A stretch of 64,000 bases of DNA from Escherichia phage EC6. The stretch lies in sequence record JX560968; one strand, written 5' to 3'. The notes beneath the pieces are model-generated. The model made no database searches, was not told the DNA's origin, and was given only the letters and a program-made list of their open reading frames with translations. Of the stretch, positions 60,741-64,000 are shown piece by piece. How positions within the stretch are numbered: position 1 is the first letter of the stretch; every line of letters starts with the position of its first letter. The translations under genes were made by a program, and so were the position numbers.

Positions 60741-62975
60741 ATGATTAAGACAATTAAAAAATCAAACGGTACAGTAGTAAGCTTTGACCCAGAAAGACTG
60801 AATAAGTGGGCATCATGGGCAGATAAGCGTGGTATTATTTGGTCAGAAGTCACTATGGAAGCCATGAAACGTGTCTATGAAGGTTGCACTACAAAAGAGA
60901 TGCACCAAGCTATGATTGATGTTTGTGTTGATAAACAAACTCAAGAGTACTCAGACATGGCTGGACGGCTACTTCTAGGGATTATCTACAAAGAAGCCTT
61001 TGGAGGCTTTACTAAGGTTCCTACGCTGGTTACCTTCGTTAAAAATATGGAGAGAGCAGGACTTTGGGAGAAGATGGACTATTCTCAGGAAGAGCTTGAA
61101 TACCTGCAAGGATACATTGTGCACTCAAAAGATATCTCTTATGGTTATGCAGTCCTGAAACAGTTCAGAGATAAATATGGAATCCGTGATATTAAAACGG
61201 GAAGACTTTTTGAGTCACCACAATTTATGTTTATGGGTATGGCTATGAAAGCCTTTGAGAAGCAACCAAAGCACCGTAGACTACAAGATGTTATTAAGCT
61301 GTACACTTACCTATCTGACCTGAAGATTAATGCTCCTACGCCTTATCTGAATGGTTTAAGAGCTACTAAATCAGGTTATGCGTCATGCTGTTTGATTAAA
61401 GCGAATGATACTGCTGAATCTCTAGGTATTGCCGCAAAGGTTGCCTATGACATGACCACAAAGCAAGCTGGTATTGGTATGCTGATGGAGACTCGCACTA
61501 TTGGTGATGGTATCCGTCAAAATACTATTGAGCATATGGGTAAACTGCCTTATTACAAGCTTGTACGTTCATCTGTAGAGGCAAACAAACAGAAGAGCCG
61601 TGGTGGTTCAGCTAACAACTTCTACACTGCTCTAGACCCGCAGATTGAAGATTTACTGCGTTTGAAGCACCCTACAACGGTTCCTTCTAAACGTATTAAT
61701 GAGATGGACTACTCATTCGGTACAAATGATTATTTCTGGCAGTGTGTTCAATATGATACAGACTGGTTGCTATTCTCTTACAAGGATGCACCAAAGCTCT
61801 ATGACATGTTCTACACAGCATCTGCTGATGAGTTTGCTATGGCAGTTGGTCACGCAGTACATTCAGGTGTTAAGCACAGACGGGTGAAGGCTCGTGAAAT
61901 TGCTAAACTGTTTATCCAGCAGCGTTATGCAACAGGCCGTGTGTACCCATTCTTTACGAATAATGCAAACACACATACACCATTTAAAGAACCTTTGAAG
62001 ATGTCAAATCTTTGTATGGAAATTGTGTTGCCAGTGTACGGCTTTGAGAAAGAGACAGACCTTTACAGAGACGCTGCTGTGAAAGAGGATGGTGAGGTAG
62101 CTCTTTGCTTCCTAGCTAGTTTGGTTGCAGGGAGAATTTCAGAAGATGAATACGCTGACGTTGCTTATTATGCTCTTGCAATGGTTGACTCCGTTATTGA
62201 CCTTATGGATTATCCGTATCCGTCGATGCGCAACCATGTTCAGAAGCGTCGTTCTGTTGGTATTGGCCTTACAAATGTGGCTCATTACCTTGCAAAAAAC
62301 TACGTGAACTACTCTTCAAGAGCAGGTAAGACGAAGCTTCATGAGCTTGCTGAAATGCACTCTTACTACTTACACGAAGCTTCTTTAAGGCTTGCTAAAG
62401 AACGTGGTGTGCCTGAGTATATGCAGTTCACTAAGTATCCTGAAGGTTGGGTTCCTCCGAAGACAGCTAACAGGAAGATTGATGAGAAGCATGATGCAAA
62501 ACTAAGATATGATTGGGATGACTTAGCACAACGTATTAAAGAAAATGGTGGAATCCGCAACTCTGTATTAGAAGCTTACATGCCTAATGAGAGTTCTTCA
62601 CTGGCAACTAATACGACAAACGGCTTGTACCCAATTCGTGACTTTATTTTAACTAAAAAGTCTGCAACTGGTAACGTGCTGTTTATTGTTCCAGATTATG
62701 AAGAGTTGAAGTATGTCTATGAAATTGCTTGGGGTATTGACACCTTTGACCTGATTGATTGTTATGCAATTGTTCAAAAGTTCACTGGTCAAGCTATCTC
62801 TTCAGATTTCTATGTTGACTACGCAAAAGCTAAGAAGGTATCATTGGCTCAAGCTTTGAAGTACATGATTTATGCCAACTCAGTAGGTATGAAAACCATG
62901 TACTACCTTAACAGTCGCATCGGTGTAGGTAAATCTGCACTGCAAGATGCTTATTGCGAGGGTTGTGGTGTTTAG
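60741..62975 (+). CDS. nrdA: ribonucleotide reductase class I large subunit
   Basis: 744 aa; N-terminal ATP-cone-like IKTIKKSNGTVVSFDPERLNKW, active-site region NLCMEI, C-terminal Cys pair CEGCG. Confidence 0.8.
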   Translation: MIKTIKKSNGTVVSFDPERLNKWASWADKRGIIWSEVTMEAMKRVYEGCTTKEMHQAMIDVCVDKQTQEYSDMAGRLLLGIIYKEAFGGFTKVPTLVTFVKNMERAGLWEKMDYSQEELEYLQGYIVHSKDISYGYAVLKQFRDKYGIRDIKTGRLFESPQFMFMGMAMKAFEKQPKHRRLQDVIKLYTYLSDLKINAPTPYLNGLRATKSGYASCCLIKANDTAESLGIAAKVAYDMTTKQAGIGMLMETRTIGDGIRQNTIEHMGKLPYYKLVRSSVEANKQKSRGGSANNFYTALDPQIEDLLRLKHPTTVPSKRINEMDYSFGTNDYFWQCVQYDTDWLLFSYKDAPKLYDMFYTASADEFAMAVGHAVHSGVKHRRVKAREIAKLFIQQRYATGRVYPFFTNNANTHTPFKEPLKMSNLCMEIVLPVYGFEKETDLYRDAAVKEDGEVALCFLASLVAGRISEDEYADVAYYALAMVDSVIDLMDYPYPSMRNHVQKRRSVGIGLTNVAHYLAKNYVNYSSRAGKTKLHELAEMHSYYLHEASLRLAKERGVPEYMQFTKYPEGWVPPKTANRKIDEKHDAKLRYDWDDLAQRIKENGGIRNSVLEAYMPNESSSLATNTTNGLYPIRDFILTKKSATGNVLFIVPDYEELKYVYEIAWGIDTFDLIDCYAIVQKFTGQAISSDFYVDYAKAKKVSLAQALKYMIYANSVGMKTMYYLNSRIGVGKSALQDAYCEGCGV

Positions 62976-63030
62976 TTTTAACAACTATGAGGGTCGTAAA
63001 AGACCCTCTAAAAATAACTTTGGAGAGACC

Positions 63031-63288
63031 ATGAAAGATTTAATAGAAAAACATGAGCGACCTATATACTTGCTCCATAAGCCTCGGAAAACGATGTACT
63101 ATGTGAGTAGCACAGACATGATGATAAAACAAAATGATGACTCATGGGTTGCTGGTATCTCTTACATCTCTACAGCAGATGGTAAAATCTACGCAAGACC
63201 TTATGAGATGTTTAACAAAGAAAACTGGGAAGTTTTAGACAGAAAACAAGCCTTAGAAATGATAAAGAAAGGAGAAATCACGCTATGA
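63031..63288 (+). CDS. hypothetical protein (85 aa) between nrdA and nrdB
   Basis: GGAGAG RBS before ATG 63031; stop overlaps the nrdB start. Confidence 0.35.
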   Translation: MKDLIEKHERPIYLLHKPRKTMYYVSSTDMMIKQNDDSWVAGISYISTADGKIYARPYEMFNKENWEVLDRKQALEMIKKGEITL

Positions 63289-64000
63289 TTAACCAGCACC
63301 CAATCTTTTTAGGTGGTGAGAGAAAAACTTTTGACTCACTTAATAAACACTACCCAAAAATCTTTGAGCTTTATAAGCAACAAAAAGCACAAGACTGGTC
63401 AGAAGATGAGTTCCCTTTTGAACAATCACGTCTTGATTTTGAGAGTGTCCCAGCATCAATGTCAGGTGTAATGCTTGAGATTCTTAAGTGGCAATGGGAA
63501 GCAGATACCCAAGTTGCTAAGAGCTTGGCATTCGCCTTTGCACCATTCATCTCTGATGACATCTATGCAACTGCAATTATGAAGCAGTCTGAGATTGAAA
63601 ACCTACATGCTCTTACTTACTCAGAGATTGTAAGGCAATGTATTAAAAATCCTGAAACAATCTTAGATGAGATTAACCAGAATGTTGCTGTGCAAGACCG
63701 ATTAAAAACTGTGAATCGTGTTCTTGAAGAATTACTGGATGAAGGTATAAACTATCGTCTGAGTTATGTGCGTGATTCACTTCTGGACAAAGACCCTTTA
63801 CACTTCCATAAAGTGATTCTGAAAGGGCTGTTTGCAGTGACTGCGCTTGAAGGTATATCTTTTATGGCATCCTTTGCATGTACTTTTGCACTTGATGCTC
63901 AAGATAAATTTCAGGGTATTGCTCAAGCTGTCCAGAAAATTATGCTTGACGAAATCCTTCACACTAAAATTGATATTGAAGTTTTAAAAGAAACTTTAAG
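63285..64000 (+). CDS. nrdB: ribonucleotide reductase class I small subunit (partial, runs off window end)
   Basis: AGGAGA RBS; iron-ligand-like motifs IENLHALTYSEI and DEILHTKI, and LEGISFMASFA; no stop before 64000. Confidence 0.7.
   Translation, partial: MINQHPIFLGGERKTFDSLNKHYPKIFELYKQQKAQDWSEDEFPFEQSRLDFESVPASMSGVMLEILKWQWEADTQVAKSLAFAFAPFISDDIYATAIMKQSEIENLHALTYSEIVRQCIKNPETILDEINQNVAVQDRLKTVNRVLEELLDEGINYRLSYVRDSLLDKDPLHFHKVILKGLFAVTALEGISFMASFACTFALDAQDKFQGIAQAVQKIMLDEILHTKIDIEVLKETL

Noticed and set aside
62986-63005. Hairpin GAGGGTC-gtaaaa-GACCCTC after nrdA as a rho-independent terminator
   Set aside because: No T-run follows the stem, and the next gene starts 25 nt downstream with its own RBS; more likely a stability element or coincidental.

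Overview
This window reads as a segment of a virulent tailed-phage genome, AT-rich and densely coded, with no integrase or repressor seen. Layout: (1) 1-863, two small + genes, then a 1.66-kb non-coding region (864-2526) packed with short repeats; (2) 2527-9673, a minus-strand block of small unknown genes plus a GH24 lysozyme and two Ig-like paralogs; (3) 9700-17400, a divergent promoter region, a vWA-domain protein, and about 27 tRNA genes interleaved with repeated leader elements, tRNA-fragment remnants and small ORFs; (4) 17413-41154, the plus-strand morphogenesis module (terminase, portal, lambda C/D/E-like protease, decoration and capsid proteins, then a contractile tail and three tail-fibre genes with His-x-His tips); (5) 41190-51209, a minus-strand block with thymidylate synthase, DHFR, DNA ligase and a family-A DNA polymerase split by an ~0.8-kb insertion carrying an Endo VII/HNH endonuclease; (6) 51437-64000, plus-strand replication and nucleotide-metabolism genes (dNMP kinase, primase-helicase, SSB-like, FEN, MazG-like, NrdA, partial NrdB) with two more homing-endonuclease genes. 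Main things to recheck: the polymerase insertion, which looks like a group I intron; at least seven genes whose frame breaks at A/T homopolymers (five essential or conserved) and one in-frame TAA in the protease, which most likely reflect sequencing errors but cannot be settled from sequence; the repeat array at 864-2526; and several atypical tRNAs. Gene content is reminiscent of Felix-O1-like myoviruses, but that is unverified recollection. All calls are by eye from motifs and synteny; no database search or folding program was run.
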